A stretch of 63,954 nt of DNA, the filler included, from Thraustochytrium aureum (lineage: Eukaryota), in assembly GCA_012862495.1 (NCBI GenBank). It is 7 parts of 6 records of this genome, joined end to end, with 100 filler letters (N's around TTAATTAATTAA, not from the genome) between each part and the next. Parts side by side here need not be neighbours in the genome. Positions count along the whole stretch, not along the records: positions 19,339 to 48,809 come from BLSG01000087.1; 6 more parts are not named here. One strand, 5' to 3'. The position numbers and the translations under genes were made by a program. The notes below the pieces were generated by a model. The model made no database searches. It was not told the origin of the DNA and saw only the letters and a list, made by a program, of their open reading frames with translations. Below, piece after piece: positions 23,933 through 35,619 of this stretch (the stretch's first letter is position 1; each line of letters begins with the position of its first letter).

Positions 23933-25206
23933 NNNNNNNNNNNNNNNNNNNNNNNNNNNNNNNNNNNNNNNNNNNNNNNNNNNNNNNNNNNNNNNNNNNN
24001 NNNNNNNNNNNNNNNNNNNNNNNNNNNNNNNNNNNNNNNNNNNNNNNNNNNNNNNNNNNNNNNNNNNNNNNNNNNNNNNNNNNNNNNNNNNNNNNNNNNN
24101 NNNNNNNNNNNNNNNNNNNNNNNNNNNNNNNNNNNNNNNNNNNNNNNNNNNNNNNNNNNNNNNNNNNNNNNNNNNNNNNNNNNNNNNNNNNNNNNNNNNN
24201 NNNNNNNNNNNNNNNNNNNNNNNNNNNNNNNNNNNNNNNNNNNNNNNNNNNNNNNNNNNNNNNNNNNNNNNNNNNNNNNNNNNNNNNNNNNNNNNNNNNN
24301 NNNNNNNNNNNNNNNNNNNNNNNNNNNNNNNNNNNNNNNNNNNNNNNNNNNNNNNNNNNNNNNNNNNNNNNNNNNNNNNNNNNNNNNNNNNNNNNNNNNN
24401 NNNNNNNNNNNNNNNNNNNNNNNNNNNNNNNNNNNNNNNNNNNNNNNNNNNNNNNNNNNNNNNNNNNNNNNNNNNNNNNNNNNNNNNNNNNNNNNNNNNN
24501 NNNNNNNNNNNNNNNNNNNNNNNNNNNNNNNNNNNNNNNNNNNNNNNNNNNNNNNNNNNNNNNNNNNNNNNNNNNNNNNNNNNNNNNNNNNNNNNNNNNN
24601 NNNNNNNNNNNNNNNNNNNNNNNNNNNNNNNNNNNNNNNNNNNNNNNNNNNNNNNNNNNNNNNNNNNNNNNNNNNNNNNNNNNNNNNNNNNNNNNNNNNN
24701 NNNNNNNNNNNNNNNNNNNNNNNNNNNNNNNNNNNNNNNNNNNNNNNNNNNNNNNNNNNNNNNNNNNNNNNNNNNNNNNNNNNNNNNNNNNNNNNNNNNN
24801 NNNNNNNNNNNNNNNNNNNNNNNNNNNNNNNNNNNNNNNNNNNNNNNNNNNNNNNNNNNNNNNNNNNNNNNNNNNNNNNNNNNNNNNNNNNNNNNNNNNN
24901 NNNNNNNNNNNNNNNNNNNNNNNNCAATCCTGGCGCCATCCTCGGCCATCATGATCCTGGCCATCTCCGCGGCAGCGCGGGCTCGCAAGAAATCGAGTTG
25001 TTCTTTTCCTTCACTCGGACGACCTCCACCGCGACGAGGCCACAGTCTCGCCACGATCGAGGCACGGGACGCGCCGCGGGCGCCGAGGACGGCGGCGCAG
25101 GAGCTCGGGCACCCGGCGCGGTTTCGCGCACGGCTCTCGCGGTTGCGGTTGCGGCGCGCCTGCCGGCAAGTTGATTTTGGAGGAACTCGGGCGGATTTTG
25201 GCCGAG

Positions 25207-26276
25207 ATGTTGTCCGCGACGAAGAGGAACGTGGTGGTGCCGTCCTCCGTGCTGGCGCCCGTGCTCGGAGACGTGCGAAAGGAGGCCGAGAAGGTGGTGT
25301 TTGCGCACGACGGTATGTCGAGTGTACTGCGGCCCGTCGTGATGTGCTTTGGGTTTGGAATGCTGTCGCTCGCCGACGCCTTCCAACCCGCGTCGCACGT
25401 GCACCAACTGCAGACCGCCCTTGATCACATTGGCGGCATGGGGCTTGCGAGCTTCCAACGCAAAACCTTTGCCGAGATGCTGCGGAACGGCATCCTTGGC
25501 ACGGTGATCCTCGAAGGCGTCGGCGAGGTGGAGCAGGTCACGATCAAGAGCGGGCTGTGGAGCATGGAAATCGCCGCGGCGCTCGTTGCCTGGGTCAAGA
25601 AAGGAGGCGTCCTGCTGCTGCGCGGCGAAGGCATGGCAGTGCGCATGTTGCGCGAGTGGTTTGGGCTGCCATGGACAATGAGCGGATTTAGCTCCAAGGC
25701 ACTCTGCGTCCCAACAGGCATCAAAAACGACGTGCCGTCCCAGCTGTTGCCTTTGATCATGAACGGGGACGAGATTCACACGGTGCTCCTGGAAAACGTC
25801 CCGCTCGAATCGCGCCTCATTCACGTGAAAGGCTCGGACAAGACCTCGTTCGCGGCGACCAAGTTCGGGGACGGCTTCGTTGGGTTTATCGGCGACTTGC
25901 GCTACACGACGCTGACCGTGACTGTCTGCGTCATCCTCTCCTCGCAAGCGATGATGGTGTCGGAGATGGCCAAGCCAGGCCGAAAGGCCAAGGTTGCCAA
26001 GCCCAGGTCGCGAGCGCCAAAGTCTCAGACGGCGAAGCCAACGGTGCCGAAGGCGCAGGCCAGCCCGGCTCTGACGCAGCCCGAGCCGCTGCAGCAAGGG
26101 GATGGCGCCGAGGAAGCAGCGACCCAGGCCAAGCCTGGCAGTCGCAAAAAGAGGGGGGCCGACAAAAGCAGGAGCAGCAAAGCAACGAACAAACCCAGAA
26201 CCAACCAGCCCCAAGGCAACCGGGCNCGCACAATGATTCTGAGGGCGCCAAGCAAAAGCCAACCCAGACTGAGCCT
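25207..26276 (+). CDS. Hypothetical protein, possible GATase-like alpha/beta domain with Lys/Pro/Ala-rich tail; 3' end in gap
   Basis: Long open frame with LVAWVKKGGVLLL, WFGLPW and FGDGFVGFIGD segments. The fold assignment is tentative. Confidence 0.5.
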
Positions 26277-27340
26277 NNNNNNNNNNNNNNNNNNNNNNNN
26301 NNNNNNNNNNNNNNNNNNNNNNNNNNNNNNNNNNNNNNNNNNNNNNNNNNNNNNNNNNNNNNNNNNNNNNNNNNNNNNNNNNNNNNNNNNNNNNNNNNNN
26401 NNNNNNNNNNNNNNNNNNNNNNNNNNNNNNNNNNNNNNNNNNNNNNNNNNNNNNNNNNNNNNNNNNNNNNNNNNNNNNNNNNNNNNNNNNNNNNNNNNNN
26501 NNNNNNNNNNNNNNNNNNNNNNNNNNNNNNNNNNNNNNNNNNNNNNNNNNNNNNNNNNNNNNNNNNNNNNNNNNNNNNNNNNNNNNNNNNNNNNNNNNNN
26601 NNNNNNNNNNNNNNNNNNNNNNNNNNNNNNNNNNNNNNNNNNNNNNNNNNNNNNNNNNNNNNNNNNNNNNNNNNNNNNNNNNNNNNNNNNNNNNNNNNNN
26701 NNNNNNNNNNNNNNNNNNNNNNNNNNNNNNNNNNNNNNNNNNNNNNNNNNNNNNNNNNNNNNNNNNNNNNNNNNNNNNNNNNNNNNNNNNNNNNNNNNNN
26801 NNNNNNNNNNNNNNNNNNNNNNNNNNNNNNNNNNNNNNNNNNNNNNNNNNNNNNNNNNNNNNNNNNNNNNNNNNNNNNNNNNNNNNNNNNNNNNNNNNNN
26901 NNNNNNNNNNNNNNNNNNNNNNNNNNNNNNNNNNNNNNNNNNNNNNNNNNNNNNNNNNNNNNNNNNNNNNNNNNNNNNNNNNNNNNNNNNNNNNNNNNNN
27001 NNNNNNNNNNNNNNNNNNNNNNNNNNNNNNNNNNNNNNNNNNNNNNNNNNNNNNNNNNNNNNNNNNNNNNNNNNNNNNNNNNNNNNNGGCTCGGGCTCGC
27101 TCGCCGCGACGCGGCAGGCAGCAAGGCTTCTTTGACGCGCGAGCGCACGGGCCGCCGGGACAGTTTGGCCATCGAGGCGCTCCTCGTCGCAGGCCGGAGA
27201 GCTGCGCGCCGTGCCTCGGGCATCTGGTCGTCCTCGCGACCCTCGCCACAGCGCTGGGTGGGCGGCGACTGGGCGCAGCGGGAGCGTGAGCAAGACGTCG
27301 GCGCTGCCTCCCTCGACCCCCGACGGGCGGACTCGAGAGT

Positions 27341-28540
27341 ATGGCGCCAGTGCGAGCCGGCGTTCGAGCCGCCCTGAACAGCACACTGTCCACGCGGTGC
27401 TTCGGGATCGAGTACGCCGGGTTTATGAGCAACCATCTCGCGCACGGAGTCGTCGCTCTCGAGGTCTTGAGCAGCGAGAGCCCCAAGACGACCGAGCACG
27501 TCGCCGACAAGTGGGTCGGCCAGTACATCCAGGACACGCTCGAACCTGCAGACAGCGCGCAGCGCGCAGAAGGCGCGCTCGCCCCGATCGGCGAGGGCGA
27601 GGCAGCTGACCTGCTTGGCAAGCGCGAGCGGTTCTATGGCCTTGTAGATTATTACGGCCGCCAAGTTGAACTCACGGGCCTGCAGGCTACGGTCCAAGAG
27701 CACCTCCCGAAACTCTGCGGCGGCGTCGCCGGGTCGGCCTTTCACGGGGCCATACAACTAGGATACGGCGTGTTCGCTGGCGCTGACCGTGTCGCGGTGG
27801 AAGGTCTCGCGTACTTGCACCACTCGCACCTCGCCTTTGCGACCGATGAGGTGCTCGAGGCGGCGGAGGGGCGCGCCCAAGCTTCCGGTTTCGCAGAATT
27901 CAGGAGCTCGTTCCGGTCTGCCCTAGTGGCCGTCGCTAGTGACACAGAGCTCCGCGAGCGGGCGGCCAGCGGGGAGGCGAGCTTTGCGCAGCTAGCGACT
28001 TCCCCGTTCCAGCGGCGCATGCTGGCGCTGGCGCAGAGCCCTTCCCAGCTCGACCGACCATGCAGCTCGGTCTTGCTCGCGCCGCTTGGCTGGTTCGTGG
28101 ACGCAATGCTCGAGGTTTTCCTCGAGACCAGCGACGCAGCAACCTGGGACTTTTTCCTCTTGCACGGTGTGACGTCCGCTTGGGCGCTCGAGCAGGCAAG
28201 TGCGACCCTGAACGAGACGGCGCGGGCCAGGGTCAGCGCAGGCCTGGCCCATGCTGTCGCGGCGACCTACGTCGCGCAGGGCTGTCCCGAGCTGCGGGCC
28301 GCAACGGGCACGGAGGACGAGGTGAGCCTTGCTAGCGAGTCTTGGGAGGCGATATGCAGCCGCGTCGCCAACTCTAGCTCCGACGAGCACGTGTTCAAGC
28401 TCGCCCAGGTCGCCATGCTGCGCAGCCGAGCTGCGGATTCCGCCCTCGAGGATCGGACCTTCAAGCTCGCTGCGGCACGCGCGCTACATGGCAGCATGCG
28501 GTTTGGTCCGCCGCAGCAGCGAGTCAAGCCGGGCGCATAA
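27341..28540 (+). CDS. Questin oxidase-like (DUF4243) family oxidoreductase
   Basis: Conserved His motifs FMSNHLAHG, SAFHGAIQLGYG, DFFLLHGVTSAWAL and DEHVFKL. Confidence 0.75.
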   Translation: MAPVRAGVRAALNSTLSTRCFGIEYAGFMSNHLAHGVVALEVLSSESPKTTEHVADKWVGQYIQDTLEPADSAQRAEGALAPIGEGEAADLLGKRERFYGLVDYYGRQVELTGLQATVQEHLPKLCGGVAGSAFHGAIQLGYGVFAGADRVAVEGLAYLHHSHLAFATDEVLEAAEGRAQASGFAEFRSSFRSALVAVASDTELRERAASGEASFAQLATSPFQRRMLALAQSPSQLDRPCSSVLLAPLGWFVDAMLEVFLETSDAATWDFFLLHGVTSAWALEQASATLNETARARVSAGLAHAVAATYVAQGCPELRAATGTEDEVSLASESWEAICSRVANSSSDEHVFKLAQVAMLRSRAADSALEDRTFKLAAARALHGSMRFGPPQQRVKPGA

Positions 28541-28783
28541 ACCAAAAACGGCCCCTTCGAGGCAGAGACCAAGCGGTCGTCTCGAGACCGCTTTCCTCTT
28601 GCCCAGTGCGTTTCGCTGGTAGGAGCGCCGCCTACGCTCATCAGCAGGCCAAGAGGTGCGAGAGGCGCTCAAACGGGTCGGTCGAGGGTCAGGCGCGAAA
28701 GATTAGCGCAGGCGCCCCTACCAGTGCAGGAAGTTTTTTGTATTTACGAAGTTCACAGTTCTGGCCGCAGCGCAGGTCAGCTG

Positions 28784-30193
28784 CTATGATGCGTTCTTTT
28801 TACGACGCACTGCCGCAACGACACCTTCCACGAGATCCGGTTCGGCATCAAAGAATATTTGGCCGTCCAGCGCGAGGAGCTCAGGTAGCAATTTTGCCTC
28901 ATCCGCGCTTAGCCCTGGTTTTCCAAGGCGTTCTTCAACCTCAGACGCAGACGCCAGAAAGTGGACGATGACGGTGCCTTCAGTCTTTGCCTCACGTTCC
29001 AAGGCTACGCGGGCCTCGTTAATGCAATACTTCGAGTCAAAAAAGTCGACCAGGTTGACGATAATCAGGATGACGTGCGCTTCTTCGAGTGCGCGCTTCA
29101 TCTCTTTCGTAGGGTTGCCGGACACCGGAAGGTTTTTGGCGTCCAAGAACGGCTCAAGGCCTTTATTTTGGAGTATTTCCCGGAAACTGTTTGCGTCGAA
29201 CTTGTTGGAGCCGCGATGCACGATGAACACGTCGTAGTGGCGATTAACAGGAGCAGGACGGGGTGAAACCATGCCGCTCGTGGAATCTCCGCCGTCGTCG
29301 CTTGCACCAGTGGACCCTAGCCCACGTCCGGCTCTCTTCTTCTTACGCACCACATAAACGATTGGGCAAACGAAAACAGCGAGGACAAAGACACTACCGA
29401 CGACAATTCCAGCAATGGCACCAGGACCAATCGACGCTGCGGAGGCGTCGCTCTCGTCCCCGCGCAGTCCTGACGTCTCCGTCGGCGTGCTTGATGGCGC
29501 CCCAGTCGCTTGGTCTGCCGTAGGAGCGGTGCTGGGCGTTTCGGACAAGGCGGCGGTTGGCGAAGTGCTTGGCGAGGATGTTGGGGAGACGCTGGGCCGA
29601 GCGCTCGGTGAATTGGTCGGTTGCCGCGTCGGGCCACTCGTTGGGGCTTTGGTCGGGCCACGAGTCGGGGACTTGGACGGCCCGCGAGTCGGGCCTCTCG
29701 TTGGGGCTTCGGACGGCTCGGGCGTGGGCCGCGGGACCTGAATCGGCCCGCAATCCGTGCAGTCCGTGCCAAGTTTGAGCGGCTGCTGGGTGGGGTATCC
29801 GCTGCTATCGTCACATAGCTGTCCTGCGCCTGGAGGATCTGGGCACCCCAGGGCTCCGCTGTCTTCAACTCGCGTTAAGCCGTGCTCCGAGTATGTATCA
29901 AAGCACAGCTCAACAGTGGCTTCCGTTGCGCTCGGGCAAGTCCCGCACGTCACGGGACACTGGCGCCTAACGCGCACCCCGAAGTTGGAGTTCTCACCGC
30001 AGTATTGCGCGAGCTCCAAGCAGCTGTTGCCACCGCCTTCCCAATCCGGGCAATCGCTGCCAATATGGACAGTCGGCCTGCCGTTGTCACGAATGTGGTC
30101 TTCCCAACCGGGGCACCACTGCCCGACAGCATTCTGCTGCGCGAGCATCAGCGCCATTATCAGCAACAGCAGTTTCGTTCTCATCATCTTCAT
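28784..30193 (-). CDS. Receptor 1: signal peptide - ShK-like + Cys-rich ectodomain (type A) - PST stalk - TM - canonical TIR
   Basis: MKMMRTKLLLLIMALMLAQQNAVG signal; CLELAQYC...RRQCPVTCGTC; GTDCTDCG; PT/PS repeats; TM AIAGIVVGSVFVLAVFVCPIVYVV followed by RKKKR; TIR YDVFIVHRG...PFLD...VILII...FFDSKYCINE. Confidence 0.85.
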   Translation of the reverse strand: MKMMRTKLLLLIMALMLAQQNAVGQWCPGWEDHIRDNGRPTVHIGSDCPDWEGGGNSCLELAQYCGENSNFGVRVRRQCPVTCGTCPSATEATVELCFDTYSEHGLTRVEDSGALGCPDPPGAGQLCDDSSGYPTQQPLKLGTDCTDCGPIQVPRPTPEPSEAPTRGPTRGPSKSPTRGPTKAPTSGPTRQPTNSPSARPSVSPTSSPSTSPTAALSETPSTAPTADQATGAPSSTPTETSGLRGDESDASAASIGPGAIAGIVVGSVFVLAVFVCPIVYVVRKKKRAGRGLGSTGASDDGGDSTSGMVSPRPAPVNRHYDVFIVHRGSNKFDANSFREILQNKGLEPFLDAKNLPVSGNPTKEMKRALEEAHVILIIVNLVDFFDSKYCINEARVALEREAKTEGTVIVHFLASASEVEERLGKPGLSADEAKLLPELLALDGQIFFDAEPDLVEGVVAAVRRKKNAS

Positions 30194-30729
30194 CGCTGAG
30201 GTCCACCGCCCCGCCCCTGTCTTGGCCCGCGCCAGCTGATCAGGGTTTGCGTCGTCGGCAAGCTGCACTGGCNNNNNNNNNNNNNNNNNNNNNNNNNNNN
30301 NNNNNNNNNNNNNNNNNNNNNNNNNNNNNNNNNNNNNNNNNNNNNNNNNNNNNNNNNNNNNNNNNNNNNNNNNNNNNNNNNNNNNNNNNNNNNNNNNNNN
30401 NNNNNNNNNNNNNNNNNNNNNNNNNNNNNNNNNNNNNNNNNNNNNNNNNNNNNNNNNNNNNNNNNNNNNNNNNNNNNNNNNNNNNNNNNNNNNNNNNNNN
30501 NNNNNNNNNNNNNNNNNNNNNNNNNNNNNNNNNNNNNNNNNNNNNNNNNNNNNNNNNNNNNNNNNNNNNNNNNNNNNNNNNNNNNNNNNNNNNNNNNNNN
30601 NNNNNNNNNNNNNNNNNNNNNNNNNNNNNNNNNNNNNNNNNNNNNNNNNNNNNNNNNNNNNNNNNNNNNNNNNNNNNNNNNNNNNNNNNNNNNNNNNNNN
30701 NNNNNNNNNNNNNNNNNNNNNNNNNNNNN

Positions 30730-32890
30730 GTTTGAAACGCGCTTTGACGCCTCCTATCCCTGCTCCGACTCCCCCAAAACAAAAGACAGCGACGTCACCG
30801 GCAGCAACACTACCAAAGCCAAATGCTGAGGCACCTCCCACGCCGGCAGCGCCAAGGAGTGCTGGAGCGGCGAATCCAATCAAAGCACCAACAAGGATCC
30901 CTCCCGTCAAACGTGGGAACCTGCTCTGCCAGGCGCCTGGCGGCGTGATTGGGATTTTCCCTCGGCCAACGCCGTCGTCGCTATTGACCTTTGAAAGCCA
31001 CGTTTTGAAGGACTCGGTCTCGGCGAGAGCTTTGTGCTCGAGCGCCCACAGTTTCTCGAGCTCTTGCGGGAGGCTGGTGTCGACGGTGGAGGCCAAGCTC
31101 TTGGCTTGGACGCGCCAGGCACCTACCTCGCAGAGGACATGGAGCACCTTCCGTGGAAACTCGCGCTTGGCCGCATCCCCGCTGAAGAGCTTTCGAATTG
31201 TGTCCTTTATCCAACTCTTGAGCTCACTTTCTTGCGCCTTGCCACTCTCGGCTCTGACGTTGCTCAGCACCTCGTCAGCTTCGTCAAACCAAACCGGGAC
31301 CCCTGGGCGCTCAACGTTCGACCTCCACTCGGAGCCCTCCGCAGATACCCGCCAAGCTTTCACGCTTCTCAGGTCTTCAACTTTGTGCTCCTCCTGAGCG
31401 CGTTTCCATACGCACTCCAGAGACTTGCTCGGTGGGGTGAGCGCTGCGAGCGCAACGCTGGCGATGAGTTTGTTCAACATGCGCAACGCCGCGTCGCAGT
31501 TTGCGTCTGATGATTCAGCAGACGTAAAGGTGTTGTCCGGACCCCAATAGCCCCTCTTCGCGGCCAGGTCCTGGATTTCAGCGTCAAGGTCGCTGATGAC
31601 GCTCTCCCAAGCTCTAGCGACTTGGTTCGAGTACTTGCCGCCTTCTGATAGCTCCACGAGTTGGAAAAGCTCCTCCGACTCCGCGCGAAGTGCCTGGAGG
31701 CCCGCAAGCAGGGTGACCTCGCTTGGGCTTTCAACGCGAATGCTCCGCCAACGGTCGTCTGGCGTTTTTGGAAGGGAACCGTCGAGGAGGCCACGAAAGG
31801 TTGTCATTAGGACCGCAAACCGTGCCCGAGCCATACCAAAAACGAGCTCTTTCCAGAAGTCCTTGACACCTGCCAGCTCAGCAGTCTTTGCCGCAATGTC
31901 CTTGTGAGCCGCATTGGCTCTAGCTCGCTCAGCATTTCCGTCATCCCGGAAACCTAAAAATGACCATGGCCCAGGTACGCGCAGTCCCCACGTACCCTCA
32001 GACGGCTGTCTGTTGCCAGTGTAGTCCCTGAGGACGGTGAGCTGGTTGAGGAAGTGTGTCTGCTCGCCGCCCTCGAGGTCTGGGAGGAGAGAGTAGAACT
32101 TACGAATCAGCTCGCAGTTGGCGAGGTCGCAACCCCTGCATTGGCTGTTCAGGGCGTCCACTCCGCGAGTGAAGTAGAGCGACACCTTTCTCGATTCGAA
32201 GTGTTTGGAGAGGTACTCCTTGTTGTAGATTGTCTTTGCGTTGCTACTGACTTTCTCGCGCTCCCTCTGCTCCACTGCATCCATCTTGTTGATGAACACA
32301 GCGACAGACGCCCGCGTGCCAGAGCGGCGCACAAGCTCCGCCAATTCCTCGAACTTTGTTGAACCGACGTCGGTCGTCGGAATCACCATGGCGATCAACG
32401 TGGCCTTCTTCAGTTCTTCGCAAATGACGCCTTCTCGATGCTCGCGGCCATTCGCCTCGTCTGCGCCTGGAAGGTCCACAATCTCGACACCGCCAAGACG
32501 GAGGTCCAGGTAATCCTTCATTGGTTTCATGTTGGCTTCAATTACAAGCCGCGGGATCGTCGTCCTCCTGTTTTGATGTTCAATCCAGCTTCGTGGGCCG
32601 GCAGCAGGATCGACCTGCGTTCCTTGGGTTTCGCTTGGCCCTTGGCTTTCGATTGGCCAAACACGAAGCGTCGGCTCGCCTTCGACATGGCCCCTGAAAT
32701 GTCCAGCCTCCATACTTTCCACGTGCCGCACTAGTGTTACGGTGGCGGTTTCGATCATTGCGGCGCTTGGCAACAGGTACGCTCCGATAATCGCGTTGAG
32801 GATCGTACTCTTGCCGGCGTTCTGTGTGCCCAACGCAGCGATGCGGAGCACGGAGGCGTCCGCGTCGTTGTTGAAATCCAGTCCAACCAT
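30730..32890 (-). CDS. Dynamin-like GTPase of bacterial DLP/mitofusin type with C-terminal Gly-rich hydrophobic segment; 3' end in gap
   Basis: G1 IAALGTQNAGKSTILNAIIG, LLPS..ETAT (G2), IVDLPG (G3) and INKMD (G4), then a helical region and GGILVGALIGFAAPALLGAAGVGG. Confidence 0.8.
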
Positions 32891-33934
32891 CCTCGGTAGT
32901 GCCTGCGCGCCCCCGTGCTGAGACTCAGCAAAGCCTGGCCTGTACTAGTAGGTATCTGCTTCGCGATTTGCGTGCAGCAAGCCTCGCTCGCGATGCGGGA
33001 CTGCCGACCGCGCTGGGATGGCATCCTGGTTAAACTAGNNNNNNNNNNNNNNNNNNNNNNNNNNNNNNNNNNNNNNNNNNNNNNNNNNNNNNNNNNNNNN
33101 NNNNNNNNNNNNNNNNNNNNNNNNNNNNNNNNNNNNNNNNNNNNNNNNNNNNNNNNNNNNNNNNNNNNNNNNNNNNNNNNNNNNNNNNNNNNNNNNNNNN
33201 NNNNNNNNNNNNNNNNNNNNNNNNNNNNNNNNNNNNNNNNNNNNNNNNNNNNNNNNNNNNNNNNNNNNNNNNNNNNNNNNNNNNNNNNNNNNNNNNNNNN
33301 NNNNNNNNNNNNNNNNNNNNNNNNNNNNNNNNNNNNNNNNNNNNNNNNNNNNNNNNNNNNNNNNNNNNNNNNNNNNNNNNNNNNNNNNNNNNNNNNNNNN
33401 NNNNNNNNNNNNNNNNNNNNNNNNNNNNNNNNNNNNNNNNNNNNNNNNNNNNNNNNNNNNNNNNNNNNNNNNNNNNNNNNNNNNNNNNNNNNNNNNNNNN
33501 NNNNNNNNNNNNNNNNNNNNNNNNNNNNNNNNNNNNNNNNNNNNNNNNNNNNNNNNNNNNNNNNNNNNNNNNNNNNNNNNNNNNNNNNNNNNNNNNNNNN
33601 NNNNNNNNNNNNNNNNNNNNNNNNNNNNNNNNNNNNNNNNNNNNNNNNNNNNNNNNNNNNNNNNNNNNNNNNNNNNNNNNNNNNNNNNNNNNNNNNNNNN
33701 NNNNNNNNNNNNNNNNNNNNNNNNNNNNNNNNNNNNNNNNNNNNNNNNNNNNNNNNNNNNNNNNNNNNNNNNNNNNNNNNNNNNNNNNNNNNNNNNNNNN
33801 NNNNNNNNNNNNNNNNNNNNNNNNNNNNNNNNNNNNNNNNNNNNNNNNNNNNNNNNNNNNNNNNNNNNNNNNNNNNNNNNNNNNNNNNNNNNNNNNNNNN
33901 NNNNNNNNNNNNNNNNNNNNNNNNNNNNNNNNNN

Positions 33935-35450
33935 CCTCGTACGGCATTACATCGCCAACCCGAACGCGGTGATCCTTGTGGTGATCCCGATAACCGACGA
34001 CCTGCAGACGTCGGAGGCGATCCAGCTGGCGCGCGAGTACGACAGGCCGGGCGTGCGCACCCTTGGCGTCCTGACCAAGCCAGACCACGTTTTGGCAGAC
34101 TCGTCGCGCAAGGAGTTCATGGCGAGGGCACTAAAATCGGGCGGGGGCCCGGACACTCCACTCAAGCTCGGATACATCGCTGTTCGCACGCGCAAAGGAG
34201 ACGAGCACGGCCCGCTCTCGCAAGTCCTCGAGGCTGAGCGCACGCTTTTCAGCTCGGACCCTGTCTTCGGCCAGCTGGACAGGTCGCTATGGGGCATTGA
34301 GACGCTGCGATCGCGCGTACTCTCGATCCAATCCAGGTTTCTCCGCGCGTTTCAAAAGGGCTTTGCGTCCTCGGTCCAGGCTCGAAAGGGTGAGCTGGAG
34401 GCAGAGCTTGCTGAGCTAGGAGGTTTGGAGCCCGGGGAGGAGCACGACGTACTACTTGGGTTTTTCCGACGCCTGAACGCCGTCTTTGACAGGGTTACGA
34501 TCAGAAGGGAGAGTGGGAACATGCCGAACGCGGCGCTTCTTGGGATGCACTTCGACGAGGCTGCCTTGGAGTTTGGGCGGAACATCACCGAACGGATTTG
34601 CCCCACGCCAGGGTTTTTCAAGAACGACGAGGCGACGCTTGCAGACGTGCGGGCTCTGATCCAAGACCTTGGCTCCAGTGGCGAGTTGGACAGCCTCGGG
34701 GTGTTCAACAATGTCGTCCGGAGGCACATCGCGGAGCCCGCCAAGCAAGTCGTGGAAGAGTTTGTGAGGCAGGCGAACTTCTTTGTGCAACAAGCGCTAG
34801 GTGCGATTCTCGGAATGGACGACCTCCGCGCGCTGGCCCGCAAGTGCCCGAAGATCTGCTCCAACCTGCTCGAGTCAATCAGGGCCAAGGAAGCCGAGCT
34901 CTGCCAGAGCACGCTCGCGTTTGTGAACGACCTCATCGAGGCTCAAGCAGATTACGCGCGGTTTGGGAGAGACTTGCCCTTGGGTAGCGGCACTGAGATC
35001 GTCGGGCTCATCCAAGGCCTTGGGCTGGATCAGGAGACCCAACTCGTCAGCGCTGTCAGCGCTGTTTGCGGCCAGCCTGGAGCAGTCGTCTTTCGTGCGT
35101 TCATGAACCGCGTTGGGCGCGCTTCACCCGCGAGTTCCCCCATGGGAGACCGCGGGGCCGCGTGGATTTGCCACAAGCTTCAGTGCCGGGCAGAACGTGC
35201 GGTCGCCGCATTCGAAGAAATTATCCCTCGTATAGTCTGGCGCAAGCTCGTCAAAGGGTACGAGGCCGTCTTCGAAGGCCTCCAATCAGATCTCGCCAAA
35301 GACTCTGATCTGCGCAAGCTTTGGACCGAAGAAAGTGGCACTGTTGTCGAGGAACGCAGAGCTCTTGAGGATCGCATTAGTAGGCTGGGTCGTAGCTTGG
35401 AAAAGCTGGAGCAAGTCGAGTTGCGCAGCGCAATGCTCAGCTTGGTTTGA
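33935..35450 (+). CDS. Mx-like dynamin-family GTPase (N-terminal part lost in N gap)
   Basis: ILVVIP...TSEAIQLAREYD...RTLGVLTKPD (G4 with Mx-type TKPD), LKLGYIAVRTR, WGIETLRSR, helical middle domain and GED-like end (EERRALEDRISRL). No PH or proline-rich domain is visible. Confidence 0.8.
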
Positions 35451-35619
35451 GAAAAAAAAGGCTCTTGCCAATGGCGATAAAACTGATTCGTTCGGTCGAC
35501 TCGATGTGGTCGATGCCCTTCCACAGCTCGTTGGTGGGCTACGCTACGTGAGGCGGAAGGCTCGACCTGAACGAGCCGAACGAAGCAGCACTGTCGAACC
35601 TTCTGAAGGCAGCCCAAGC

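Noticed and set aside
24925..25054. Apparent N-terminus of the P5A ATPase in the 1424-aa ORF
   Set aside because: It is linked only through about 1 kb of Ns and has no recognisable ATPase sequence, so it cannot be assigned.
28784..32890. 1368-aa ORF suggesting a dynamin-ShK-TM-TIR fusion protein
   Set aside because: The frame is carried through about 460 Ns. The receptor has its own ATG and signal peptide at 30193, like its stand-alone paralogs. It is treated as two genes until the gap is closed.
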